Of a stretch of 24,004 nucleotides of DNA, positions 14,737 to 23,979 are shown in pieces (within the stretch, counting starts at the first letter, position 1; the number at the start of each line of letters is the position of its first letter). The stretch comes from a virus (lineage: Duplodnaviria > Caudoviricetes): IMG/VR virus record IMGVR_UViG_3300048888_000036, positions 1-24,004 of that record. The stretch is one strand, 5' to 3'. The position numbers and the translations under genes are program-made. The notes beneath the pieces are model-generated. The model worked only from the letters and a program-made list of their open reading frames with translations. It searched no databases and had not been told where the DNA came from.

Positions 14737-16627
14737 GACGCCCGGACGTCTGCTGCGCCGTCCGCTTGCTGGTGCGGGCCTGGTCTTTGGTGACGGCCCG
14801 GCCGACTTCGCGGCCGTCGATGTTGACGTGGACGTGCATCGGCTGGATCTCGGCGCCGGCGATGTTCATACCGAGGATCCTGCGGCCGGCGGCGCTCAGG
14901 CCGGTACCCACGGCGAGGATCGCGGCCAGCCGTGCCGACGAGACCTGCATCAGCCCGGCCAATGGATCGGTGTCCTGCCCCTGCTTGCGGATCCTCTTCA
15001 GCTCTTCCTGCCAGTGCAGCACCTGGCGGGCCTCGTCGACGGTGTACTTGCCGGTACGGGCCTGCAGCTTCCAGTAGTTCAGGTTCGCCTGCGCTGTCTT
15101 CAGGTCGTCCTTGACCGTCTTCGTCGTCTGCGCTTTCTCGTAGGCGAACGCCAGCCAGTCTTCGTGTTCCTGCTTCGCGGCCTCGATCGCGGCTTTCCGG
15201 TTCGCGTTCGCGAGGTCGATCGCGGCTTTCAAGTTGTCGGCCTTCTGCGCCTGCAAGCCGGCGATGGTGGCGTTGTCCTGCAGGATCTGGTCTTCGAGCC
15301 TCGCCTGCCGGGTCGCGTCGTTCGTGACCGCCAACCGGGCCTTCAGCTTCGCAACGATGGTCTTGTACTCGGCGATCTGTTTGTCCAGGTCGGTGAGCAG
15401 GCCGGCGCGGAACTCGCCACGGCTGATCATCTGGTCGAACCAGGTGTTCCGCTGCTGCACGGTCGGCACATATTTCGTCGCGGCGGTGGCGGTCGCTGCT
15501 TCCCTGGCGGCGAGCGCGAGCCCATGCGTTGCTTTCGCCGCCGCCTCTGCTGCGGGCGAGTAGCCGTCGAGGACCTGAGTGGAATCGCTGAACGCAGAAC
15601 CAAGGAGTTTCACCGCGCCCGCGGCCGCTTTGATCGGGATCACATAGGTGGAATGCATGAACCAGAACGAGACGACCTTTCCGGCCTTTTGAGCAGCCGA
15701 ACCGAGCCGGTCGAAGCCACGCGACAGATCGGTCTGCTCTTTCTTGCCGCCGCCGCCGCCGGGCGGGCCTTTCGCCGCCGCGAACAGTTCGTTCAGCTTG
15801 CCGGTGGCGTCGGTGACGGCAGGGACAAGAAGCTCGCCGATCGACGTCGACAGATCGTCGATGTTTGATTTCAGGGTGCGGGTTTGGTTCGCCAATCCTT
15901 CCGAGGTGCGGAAGTAGTCGCCCTGCGCTTTCGAGGTGTCCTGGAAGATCAGATTGATGCGGGCAAGCGCTTTGTCCTGGGCGGTCAGCTGCTGCACGTG
16001 CTTCAGGCCGGTTTCCCGCAAGGCTTCGTGCTGCACCCTGGTTTCGGTTAGCAGGACGCCGTAACGTCGGAGCGGCTCGGATTCGCCGACGATCCCAGAC
16101 CTGATCGCGTCCAACGCGTCGGCGACGTCGGTGTTGTAGAACGACGCCAAGTCGGCGCCGAGCTCGGTCAGCTTCTCCGACTGCTCGGCGGCCTGGGCGC
16201 CGACGAGCCCCATGGGCTGGAACAACGCACCGAAAGAAGACGCCGTCGCGAGCGCTTCGCGTTGCGCGATCCCGAACCCTTCCGTCGTCGTCTTCGCCCA
16301 GTCCTTCACCTGTTGCGCCGACTGTCCGAACACCACCGTCGTCTTCGACATCTGCTCGTTCAGATCCGAGGCGGCCTGAACGGATTTCTCGAGTCCCTGT
16401 ACGGCCAACGCTGCCCCGGTGCCTGCCGCGAAGGCGGCGCTGCCGCCGGCGAAGCCACCCGCGAGGCCGCCGAAGACGCCCAGCCTGGCCCCGGCGCCGC
16501 GAGCGGCGGCACCGAACACCTTCTGCTGCGATGAAGTGAACTCTTTCGACGCCCGTTCGGCTTTCCTCAACCCCCGGATGTACTGGGACGGGTCGAGGAT
16601 CAGCTCGGCGATCAGCTTACGAGCCAC
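14729..16627 (-). CDS. Tape measure protein (632 aa)
   Basis: AASDLNEQMSK..VVFG, ADLASFYN, GESEPLRRYGV, Ala-rich helices, C-terminal VNIDGREV. Confidence 0.92.
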   Translation of the reverse strand: MARKLIAELILDPSQYIRGLRKAERASKEFTSSQQKVFGAAARGAGARLGVFGGLAGGFAGGSAAFAAGTGAALAVQGLEKSVQAASDLNEQMSKTTVVFGQSAQQVKDWAKTTTEGFGIAQREALATASSFGALFQPMGLVGAQAAEQSEKLTELGADLASFYNTDVADALDAIRSGIVGESEPLRRYGVLLTETRVQHEALRETGLKHVQQLTAQDKALARINLIFQDTSKAQGDYFRTSEGLANQTRTLKSNIDDLSTSIGELLVPAVTDATGKLNELFAAAKGPPGGGGGKKEQTDLSRGFDRLGSAAQKAGKVVSFWFMHSTYVIPIKAAAGAVKLLGSAFSDSTQVLDGYSPAAEAAAKATHGLALAAREAATATAATKYVPTVQQRNTWFDQMISRGEFRAGLLTDLDKQIAEYKTIVAKLKARLAVTNDATRQARLEDQILQDNATIAGLQAQKADNLKAAIDLANANRKAAIEAAKQEHEDWLAFAYEKAQTTKTVKDDLKTAQANLNYWKLQARTGKYTVDEARQVLHWQEELKRIRKQGQDTDPLAGLMQVSSARLAAILAVGTGLSAAGRRILGMNIAGAEIQPMHVHVNIDGREVGRAVTKDQARTSKRTAQQTSGRRG

Positions 16628-16630
16628 AGG

Positions 16631-16831
16631 TCACCGGTTCTGCTCCGTCACCCAGGAGTAACAGCGCTCGAGCTGGCGGGCGGTCAGGTCACCCATGTCT
16701 GCCGGTCGTAGGTGGCACCAGTGGCCAAGCCAGGGCTGCCAGAAGCCGGCGGGATCGACGGGGCCGGGGGCGGCACCGAAGACGTTGACGAACCGCCGCC
16801 AGAACCGTTCGCTGTCGCGTCGGGCAAAGGG
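16631..16831 (-). CDS. -1 frameshift extension of the tail chaperone (gpGT-like, ~162 aa in total)
   Basis: The -1 frame is open from the heptamer to TGA at 16631, 3 nt before the TMP start; it ends ...WLGHWCHLRPADMGDLTARQLERCYSWVTEQNR. Confidence 0.8.
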   Translation of the reverse strand, partial: PFARRDSERFWRRFVNVFGAAPGPVDPAGFWQPWLGHWCHLRPADMGDLTARQLERCYSWVTEQNR

Positions 16832-17118
16832 ATCTCGTCGGGCACCTCAACCGACACTTCCATGAACACCTCGTTCAGCTTCGAGACCGGGATCGCACCG
16901 ACAGCGGCACGGATGGAACGTTCTGTTTCGCCGGGCTCGCCGCGGGCGACGGCGATGTGGATCATGGCGGCGATCACGGCGGGGTTGAAGCCGTCGAGGT
17001 CGGCGATCTCGGCCTGCGACATCTTCGTGTACTCCCAGAACACCATCGCCTCGTTCAGCGTGTACTCGTCGAACCCGACCAGCTTGTAGGTGCGGCCGTT
17101 GACCTGGATCTCAGGCAT
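16684..17118 (-). CDS. Tail assembly chaperone (gpG-like)
   Basis: Position just upstream of the TMP; slippery heptamer C CCT TTG at 16831-16825, followed by a low-complexity zero-frame tail. Confidence 0.8.
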   Translation of the reverse strand: MPEIQVNGRTYKLVGFDEYTLNEAMVFWEYTKMSQAEIADLDGFNPAVIAAMIHIAVARGEPGETERSIRAAVGAIPVSKLNEVFMEVSVEVPDEIPLPDATANGSGGGSSTSSVPPPAPSIPPASGSPGLATGATYDRQTWVT

Positions 17119-17500
17119 TGAAGTCCGCCGCGATCCTGTCCATCAGCCGCTCGAGGTTGCGGAACATCTGCTCTTCGTTGCGTTCCAAAGCGGGCTGCAT
17201 CGCCCGGTTCATCAGCAGGTCGCCGAGGTTCGGGCGCTTGCTGGGATGGCGACCGCGCCCCTTAAAGCCACGCTGCCGGGGCGCGATGTAGACAACCCGT
17301 TGCGAGACGCCGACCCGCATCCGCGACCATTTCGGCGAGCCGGTCATCCGCCGGATCGACGAGATCGCCAGCCGTTCGGCGTCTCGACGGACCGGTTCGG
17401 CGACCTGCCGCAAGTTGGCCCGCCAGCGAAGCCGAACGTCACGTTCGGCGCCCTTGTACGCCAGGTTCAACTCGCGGAAACCGCTAAAGACGATCGGCAT
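17111..17500 (-). CDS. HK97 gp10-like neck / tail-completion protein
   Basis: Basic protein, SGFRELN...LRQVAEPVRRDA...MQPALE pattern. Confidence 0.65.
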   Translation of the reverse strand: MPIVFSGFRELNLAYKGAERDVRLRWRANLRQVAEPVRRDAERLAISSIRRMTGSPKWSRMRVGVSQRVVYIAPRQRGFKGRGRHPSKRPNLGDLLMNRAMQPALERNEEQMFRNLERLMDRIAADFNA

Positions 17501-17971
17501 TTACTTCGACGAACCGCTCGCCGCCGGGGCTGCCTCTTCCATCGTGGGGGCGGTCGCCGACCACTGGAAGACACCACCGGGTGCCGGCTTGAACGTCGCC
17601 GTCGTCTCCGAGCGAGCGTTCAAAGCCCCGGAGAGGCCGTTGTAGTCGAAGAGGACACCTTGGCCGCCGAACGCTGGGTTCGTCGCCGACACCGCCGCCG
17701 ACGTCGGGACGACGTAGACGAGGGTGGTGGTGCCGTTCCGGTACAGCGGCTCCAGCGTGGCGTGGACCTGCGAGGCGGCGAAGTCGTTCTCGAACTGGAT
17801 CACGATCGACTCGTCAGCCAGGCCGGGCAGGAACTCCCGACTCCCGGTGGTCGAGAAGCCGGAGACGTCCACTTGCTCTTTGGTTCCGGGTGTGTCGACG
17901 TTGAAGGCGTGGGACGACAGATCCACCGTCCCGACCATGACCTTGACGTCTTTGAGCAGGAATTTCGACAA
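17501..17971 (-). CDS. Major tail tube protein
   Basis: V.VGTVDLS, VDVSGF....REFLPGL, PTSAAVSATNP motifs; strong RBS (AGGAAGGAAG). Confidence 0.85.
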   Translation of the reverse strand: MSKFLLKDVKVMVGTVDLSSHAFNVDTPGTKEQVDVSGFSTTGSREFLPGLADESIVIQFENDFAASQVHATLEPLYRNGTTTLVYVVPTSAAVSATNPAFGGQGVLFDYNGLSGALNARSETTATFKPAPGGVFQWSATAPTMEEAAPAASGSSK

Positions 17972-17988
17972 CGTCGATCACTTCCTTC

Positions 17989-18411
17989 CTAGAGGATCGT
18001 TTGCAGCCGCCATTGGCAGCCCAACAGTGTCTCGCCGGACGCGTCCTGGTATTCGCCCCAGCCGGACGGCCCGTCAACGGTCGACGACTGGCAGGTACCA
18101 CCGAACGTGCCGTCGCTAGCTAGTGCGGCCAACACGGATTTGGCGGAGCCGGGGTCCATCATCTCGAGCAGCAGTGTTTGGCCGGAGTCGACGTCGAGGT
18201 CGGTGACGCGTGCCCGGACGACGAACGCGGCTTGCCGGTCCAGCGGGTCGAAGCTGTCGGGCTCCTGGAACGGGTCGGCCGGGTAGACGTCAATCGACGG
18301 CGGGGTGGGGTTGCGGTTCGCCGTCGCCGTCACCTGGAGGACGTCGATCTCGATGCCGAGTCGCTGCTCGAGCTGGGAGGCGATCCCGGCGGTCAGCTCG
18401 AGCAGCGACAT
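17989..18411 (-). CDS. Tail terminator-like protein (140 aa)
   Basis: True start MSLLEL at 18411; NPTPPSIDV..., ALASDGTFGGT motif; directly upstream of the major tail gene. Confidence 0.7.
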   Translation of the reverse strand: MSLLELTAGIASQLEQRLGIEIDVLQVTATANRNPTPPSIDVYPADPFQEPDSFDPLDRQAAFVVRARVTDLDVDSGQTLLLEMMDPGSAKSVLAALASDGTFGGTCQSSTVDGPSGWGEYQDASGETLLGCQWRLQTIL

Positions 18412-18416
18412 CCCAC

Positions 18417-18767
18417 TTATCCGATCGGGTACAGCGTCCGCAACGGGTTCAACCTCAGGTGGTGGCGGTACCAGGTATCGCGGGGCGACACCAGCGGAAC
18501 CATGTCCGCGCCGGCGTTCTGGGCGCCGAAGGGACGCTGGTGGGCCGCCCACAACTCGACGGCCCGGTCGAGGTTCACATCGGCCAATAACCCATACTCC
18601 GGTGTGTCGGGGGGCGGCGCGGGATTGTCGACCGGGTCGTAAGCGAGGTCCCAGTCGATCTCCCGCGCCGCCACGTCGAGGTCGCGTTGCATCGCCTCAG
18701 CCTCGGCCGCAGTCGGGGCGGGCTTCTGCAGCACCCGTTGCAGCTCGGCGACATCGACGTACGCCAT
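18417..18767 (-). CDS. Head-tail adaptor (gp6/gp15-like)
   Basis: MAYVDVAEL...LDVAAREID; position after the capsid genes. Confidence 0.75.
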   Translation of the reverse strand: MAYVDVAELQRVLQKPAPTAAEAEAMQRDLDVAAREIDWDLAYDPVDNPAPPPDTPEYGLLADVNLDRAVELWAAHQRPFGAQNAGADMVPLVSPRDTWYRHHLRLNPLRTLYPIG

Positions 18768-19063
18768 CAGCCTGTCCGTTGGCCCCGGATGGCGTCGACC
18801 AGCTCCGCCTTCGTCATGTCGTTGTTCGCCGGACTGACGCCCTGTTCTTTCGCGAGGGCGAGCAGGTCGGCTTTCGTCATCTGGTCGAGGTCATCGGTGC
18901 CGCCGCTGGTGTCCGCGGACGGCCCGTCGTCGTCGACCGGGGTGACTTCGCCGGGTGTGCCGCCGGTGCCTTCGACCCACGCCGGCTCCAACCCGACTGC
19001 TTCCCGGTTCGGGTCGTCGAAGACGGTGCCGCCCGCATTCTCGGGTGTGGGCTCGTCGGTCAT
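18767..19063 (-). CDS. Acidic protein with a C-terminal Rho-N/HeH-like motif (98 aa)
   Basis: ATGA-coupled to the MCP; DLDQMTKADLLALAKEQGV....MTKAELVDAI. Confidence 0.75.
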   Translation of the reverse strand: MTDEPTPENAGGTVFDDPNREAVGLEPAWVEGTGGTPGEVTPVDDDGPSADTSGGTDDLDQMTKADLLALAKEQGVSPANNDMTKAELVDAIRGQRTG

Positions 19064-20283
19064 GGCGTCTTGGTGATCTTGATGATGCCGGTCGCCTCGA
19101 TCACCATCGGCGTGAAGTAGCCCGCATAGGCGACCTGCACACCCAGGACGCTGGGCTCGACGACTTGCAGCGAACCGATCCGCTGTTCGTACACCTCGGC
19201 CGCCGCGGACGACATGACGAGGGCGGTGTTCGCGGTGATCGCGGCAGAGACGTAAACGGGGATGCCGGCGATGACGCCGGCGAGGCCGGTCGAGAAGTCC
19301 GCCGCCGAGAACCCCTGCCCTTGCTGGTTCATCGGCCCGTACGGCGCGAACAGCGCACCCCACGCACCCAGCAGGCCGGTCGGGACGACCGCGAAGACAC
19401 GGCCGACGCCCTTGGTGCCGGCGTAGATCGACGCCGCCGCGGCCCACAACGCGCCGGCGATCTGGTCGGCGGTGTTCGCACCCGTCGGCAACGTGGTGCC
19501 GGCGGTTGCGGCGGCCGCGAACGCGGTCGCGGCGGCGGCTTCGGTCTGGATCGCGTACTGCGCCGCGAGGTCACCGATGATGATGTCCATCACACCGGGG
19601 GTGGTGAAGTCGATGTCCTGGCGCGAGACGTTGACGTAGCCGCCATACGTGATAGCGGTCGCTGTCAGCTTCGTGATCGTCATTTTCTGCGACACGAGCT
19701 CGGCCTTTTCTGCCGCCGCATCGCCGGCGGACGGCTGCAACCCAACCGAGGTGTGCTGGGTGACCTTCGGCCGGCCCCAGGTCTGCCCAGGCAGATCCCG
19801 CGGGCCGAGCGCGGACACCAGCGGCCGGTTCGAATCAACGAAGTTGACGACGGGGCCGAGGATCGGCGCCGGAATCAGACCCGGGTTATCACTGGTTTTC
19901 TGGTGGGCGGCCGCGCGGTTGTAGATCTCGAGCCGCTGGCGGGCGTCGTTGTCGCCGAGCCCGGCCCGCCACTGATCCATCGCGTACTCGCCCGCGGAGC
20001 GGTACTCGATCTCCTTCGGAGCCGCCGGCTGCTCGCGCATGAACGGCGCCAGCTCGGCGATCTTCGCCCGGGACTCGGAGCCCATCCGGCGCAGGTCGAT
20101 CAGCTGGTCGAGCTGCGGCTGCAGCTCGCCGACGCGGGTGCGTGCCCGGGTCGCCATCTCCATTTCCTGGCTGTTGAGGTCGCGTCCCTCTTTCTCGGCG
20201 TCCTCGACGATCCCGTCGATGAACGTTTGTTTCTCTTCGATCTCGGCGGCGAGCCGCGAGAGCATCTGGTCGGTGGTACGCAT
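19060..20283 (-). CDS. HK97-fold major capsid protein with an N-terminal delta (scaffold) domain (407 aa)
   Basis: AAAGGA RBS before ATG 20283; N-terminal coiled coil; GLIPAPILGPVV, TYGGYVNVSRQDIDF, IAGIPVYVS. Confidence 0.92.
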   Translation of the reverse strand: MRTTDQMLSRLAAEIEEKQTFIDGIVEDAEKEGRDLNSQEMEMATRARTRVGELQPQLDQLIDLRRMGSESRAKIAELAPFMREQPAAPKEIEYRSAGEYAMDQWRAGLGDNDARQRLEIYNRAAAHQKTSDNPGLIPAPILGPVVNFVDSNRPLVSALGPRDLPGQTWGRPKVTQHTSVGLQPSAGDAAAEKAELVSQKMTITKLTATAITYGGYVNVSRQDIDFTTPGVMDIIIGDLAAQYAIQTEAAAATAFAAAATAGTTLPTGANTADQIAGALWAAAASIYAGTKGVGRVFAVVPTGLLGAWGALFAPYGPMNQQGQGFSAADFSTGLAGVIAGIPVYVSAAITANTALVMSSAAAEVYEQRIGSLQVVEPSVLGVQVAYAGYFTPMVIEATGIIKITKTP

Positions 20284-20390
20284 GTCGTCCTTTCGAAACG
20301 AGGTTGTCGTTTCGCAGCTGCGTGCGTCCACCTCACCCCACGGGAACCCCGGCGCCCCACGGGCCATCAACGGGGTTATGTGTTGGTGGT

Positions 20391-20972
20391 CTATTCGATT
20401 AAAGCGTAACGGTCGGCTAGACGCCAGCCGCGGACGACTTCGAGGTTCGGCCGTGCCGCCGCCGGCGCGACGACACTCGCGTTGTCGCGGACGGCGAGCA
20501 CGTTCGTGCCCTGATAGGCCGGGCTGTGGGTCATCGCGATGTGGTCCAGCCAGAGCCGCGAGAGGCGCCGCAGGCCGCGTTCCGGCCAAGTCTCGCCGCC
20601 GTCCGGGACACCGAACCCGGCCGACGCGTCCAGCAGCCCTTCGTCGGCGAGCGCGAGCGTTTCGTCGCCCTGCTCGGTCGGCGCGATCCGCAGTTCAGCG
20701 ACCAGCCCCTCTTCTCTCGAGGGGTGGAAGCGGATTGCTTTCCCGACGACCTTGTCGAGGACGTGTTCGCGGTTCACGACGATCCGGCGTCGGGTCGCGT
20801 CGATCCCTTCGAACGCGCCGCGGGAGACGATTTCGCGGATCATGCGGCCGCGGTGGACGACCTGCGCCTCGACCTCGTAGGGCATCACCACAAGTTCGAT
20901 CTGTCGTTTCGGGAACGACACCCCTAACTGCTGGTCTGCGACCTTCCGGATTTCGATTTCGAGCTGGGTCAT
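20391..20972 (-). CDS. HK97-family prohead protease (193 aa)
   Basis: ATGA-coupled start at 20972; EIVSRGAF, NREH, DASAGF, HIAMTHSPAYQG. Confidence 0.9.
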   Translation of the reverse strand: MTQLEIEIRKVADQQLGVSFPKRQIELVVMPYEVEAQVVHRGRMIREIVSRGAFEGIDATRRRIVVNREHVLDKVVGKAIRFHPSREEGLVAELRIAPTEQGDETLALADEGLLDASAGFGVPDGGETWPERGLRRLSRLWLDHIAMTHSPAYQGTNVLAVRDNASVVAPAAARPNLEVVRGWRLADRYALIE

Positions 20973-22234
20973 TTCAGGACTCCCTGTGCGACGTCGGCGG
21001 GTGTGGAGTTGTCCAGCCGTTCGGCGGCGCGGATCTCGTCGATCGTGATCGCCCGCTGCCCCGTGACGGGGTCCTGGAGGGCGAACAGGATCTGGTAGGC
21101 CTGCGCACGGGCCAGGGGCGGCGGCTGCACGAACTCGTCCCGGTTCAGTTCGACGGTGGTGCCGCGCGGCAACAACCAGCCGGACAACGCGGACATCAGT
21201 GTTTGGGCGGTTCCTTTCAGGCTGTCGCGCCACCAGAAGTCGAAGAGGTCGCCCATGTTCTTGTACGTCATCGACTCGCCGGAGCCTGGCAGCCCGACGA
21301 TCTCCGGTGGCACGCCGAGCAGCTCGGCGATCCGGGAGTCTTGGTAGCGCTCCAGATCAACCAAACCGAGCTCGGTCGGGTTGATCTGCGACGGCTTCCA
21401 CTGCAAACCCTTGTCGAGCACGGCTGGTTCGCCGATCGACGACATCCTGCGTTCCACCCATTTCTGTTGGATCACCAGCGCCTGGTCGGGCGAGATTTCT
21501 TCCTGCGACTCGAGCACCCCGACGGGGACACCACCGGAGGCGACGATCTTCGCGCCGTACTGCATCAACGCCTCCGCCGCGACCATCCGGTAGGCGCCCG
21601 CCTCCAATGGGCCGTGGCCGTGCAGGTCGACGATGTCGCCCTGGTAGCGGATGTGCAGCAAATCGCTGGTGACGTCGGCGCCGCCGATCTCGTACCGTCT
21701 GAGGCCGTCGCGGCCGCGTTCGACTTCCACATACAGCGGCGGCACGACGTGGAAACGCGACGGCCACCCCGTTGCGTACCTGGCGGTGGTGAGCAGGAAC
21801 ACTTCGCCGAGCATGTAGTCCCACACCATTTGCTTGCAGAACTCCTCCCAGGACACGTACAGGTCCGGGTCGGGGTTGTTCAGCCAGTCCGCCGACAACG
21901 TGTCCGCCGCGTCGACGAGATACGGCGGCATCGTCGACAACGCCCTAGAGGTTTTGTCGACACACAGCCAGGCGGTGTCGGTCAGGCGTTGCAGCTGACC
22001 AGACCAGTTCGGTGTGTTCCAGTCGGCCGGCCACCCAGACCAGCCCGACGCGACGATCCTCGGCGGCGGCCCGGCCGGCAGATCCGTCCCCTCGACCGTG
22101 ACCCCGTGCGGATCCCCCGGGACAACCAACTGATCCGGCCCGACGGTCGACGGTGGAACGGCGGCGGGGTCGTTCGGGTTCGGGACGACGCCCTCGTCGG
22201 ACGCGGCGCGTGGTCTGAGGCCGCGGAGGTTCAT
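20969..22234 (-). CDS. HK97-type portal protein
   Basis: NPDP, LGEVF, DLLHIRY, G.GPLE, IAELLGVPPEIVG, TIDEIRAAERL. Confidence 0.93.
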   Translation of the reverse strand: MNLRGLRPRAASDEGVVPNPNDPAAVPPSTVGPDQLVVPGDPHGVTVEGTDLPAGPPPRIVASGWSGWPADWNTPNWSGQLQRLTDTAWLCVDKTSRALSTMPPYLVDAADTLSADWLNNPDPDLYVSWEEFCKQMVWDYMLGEVFLLTTARYATGWPSRFHVVPPLYVEVERGRDGLRRYEIGGADVTSDLLHIRYQGDIVDLHGHGPLEAGAYRMVAAEALMQYGAKIVASGGVPVGVLESQEEISPDQALVIQQKWVERRMSSIGEPAVLDKGLQWKPSQINPTELGLVDLERYQDSRIAELLGVPPEIVGLPGSGESMTYKNMGDLFDFWWRDSLKGTAQTLMSALSGWLLPRGTTVELNRDEFVQPPPLARAQAYQILFALQDPVTGQRAITIDEIRAAERLDNSTPADVAQGVLK

Positions 22235-23979
22235 CAGTAGACCGTCGGCACCCTTGATGGTTGGGCTGCTGCGTGGAGCGCCCAGACCATCGCCTTGACG
22301 AGATGCGTCGGCCCGGACGGCTCCAATGCGAGCCCTGCCGCGCGTTCACGCACCATCGCTACCGCCATCGCCTCGTCAAGGTCGGGGGTATCGTCATGAA
22401 CAACCATACCGCCGACCGCGAGATCCCGTAAGAGCGCGAGCCCGGCACGGGTCTCGGCGCCGCCGACGGGTTTCGGCGGCGGCCACAACCCGGCAGGCAG
22501 CGACGCGAGCATCGACCCGCCGACGCCGAGCTGCTTCACCCGCCTGGTGACGAGGAGCGACTGCAGGTCCCTGACGGCGGTTTCCCAGTTCGGGCACAGC
22601 CACCCGTCGACCTCCACCCGGCCATCCTGGAGTTTCGCGGCGGCCGCAACAGCGGCGCCGGACCCGAAGTCATCCTCCACCATCACGAACAACGGCTGGT
22701 CGTGCGCCTCCAAAGGTTCCTGCAGCCCTTTCCACAACCCCGCCGGCAGCAACGGCTCCCCGTCAACGCCGCCCTCCATCGACCTGGGCCACTGGTTCAA
22801 CCACTGCGTCCGGAACGAAATCTCCGGGTCGGGTTCGGTCGGGTCGCGGATCTCGCCGGCCTGGATCGCCGCCAGCTGCTGCCCCACCAGACGTTCCCGC
22901 TGCGGCGTCCAGTGTGGTGACGCTAAACGCCACGCGTCCACGCTGTCGATCGGCAGCTCCGGCGGCGCCGACCACTCCACCAGCAGATCGCCTGTCCCGG
23001 TCTCGAGCTCGGCCAGTGCCGCTTTGCGGCGTTGCAGCATCAGCGCCTCCGACCGGCGGTGCGCCGTCGAGATCAACATCAGCTGTGGCTGCGTCCGTTC
23101 GACCATCGTCGGCACTAGCGACTCGTCAACGGTTGCGGCTGTCACCTTCCAGGCCTCGTCGACGGCCGCCAGCGACACGCTGTGCCCGTAGGCGGCTTCT
23201 TTCGCCCTGACCATCCAGCGGGAACGGCCGGGCAGCCACTCCAACGCCTCCTGCCCGTTCGTCTGCCGAATGTGGTAGTCGCTTCTGCGTTCTTCCTCTC
23301 TTGCCCACCACAACGCCGGCCGCTGCACCTCACGGCAAACCGCGAGATCTTTCCCCGTGTGGACGATGTCCTGCGGCTCCCCGAACCTGTCGGTCTGATG
23401 CATCCGCCACAGACACAGCTCCCGCAACAGCCACGACTTCCCGACCTGCCGGGCGACCGTCAACACGCTCGCGTCCCACACCAATTCGCCCTGCGAATCG
23501 ACCTCGAGCAGCCGGGTCGCTACTAGACGCTGCCACCAGCGAAGCGGCCGCCCTTCACGGCCGGCCGCCCACTCACAGAACACCTCGCCGAGCGAACCCG
23601 ACGCCCGCGGGTGCGGTACCGTCATGAACCTCGGCCACACCGCCTCCGCAGGCACATCCAGAAGCGACTCGAGCCACGGCACGCGCCACCGCCTGTCATC
23701 CGACGGAACACCCGTCCGTTCCGGCGGCAACTCGGCGACCATGCCGCCCCGCAACGGCTTCGCCGCACCCCGGTTACACGCCGCATGCTCCGGCCCCGTA
23801 TAGCCGCGCCGGTCATCTGTATGCCCCAAATCCCAGTCCTGCCCCGGCACGATCCAATCACCACAGCGGGCGCACCGCACCCGGCCCGCCAACACCAGGC
23901 GGCCATACTCCGCCCGCATCCGCTGATGCGCCGCCCCATAGCCCCGAGCGCTAGTGGATGCCCTGACCTTCGCCGGCAT
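22234..23979 (-). CDS. Terminase large subunit with an N-terminal HNH-type domain
   Basis: Walker A VARQVGKS, Walker B AAVDEAW, motif C ISTA. Residues ~1-75 read RGYG..HQR.R...CARC...WDLGH.DDR..Y.GPEH..CNR. Confidence 0.92.
   Translation of the reverse strand: MPAKVRASTSARGYGAAHQRMRAEYGRLVLAGRVRCARCGDWIVPGQDWDLGHTDDRRGYTGPEHAACNRGAAKPLRGGMVAELPPERTGVPSDDRRWRVPWLESLLDVPAEAVWPRFMTVPHPRASGSLGEVFCEWAAGREGRPLRWWQRLVATRLLEVDSQGELVWDASVLTVARQVGKSWLLRELCLWRMHQTDRFGEPQDIVHTGKDLAVCREVQRPALWWAREEERRSDYHIRQTNGQEALEWLPGRSRWMVRAKEAAYGHSVSLAAVDEAWKVTAATVDESLVPTMVERTQPQLMLISTAHRRSEALMLQRRKAALAELETGTGDLLVEWSAPPELPIDSVDAWRLASPHWTPQRERLVGQQLAAIQAGEIRDPTEPDPEISFRTQWLNQWPRSMEGGVDGEPLLPAGLWKGLQEPLEAHDQPLFVMVEDDFGSGAAVAAAAKLQDGRVEVDGWLCPNWETAVRDLQSLLVTRRVKQLGVGGSMLASLPAGLWPPPKPVGGAETRAGLALLRDLAVGGMVVHDDTPDLDEAMAVAMVRERAAGLALEPSGPTHLVKAMVWALHAAAQPSRVPTVY

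Noticed and set aside
20284-20589. Capsid frame open upstream into the protease gene, suggesting a protease-capsid frameshift fusion
   Set aside because: No X XXY YYZ site near the protease end (T TTA ATC does not fit), the MCP has its own RBS, and open frames are common at this GC content.
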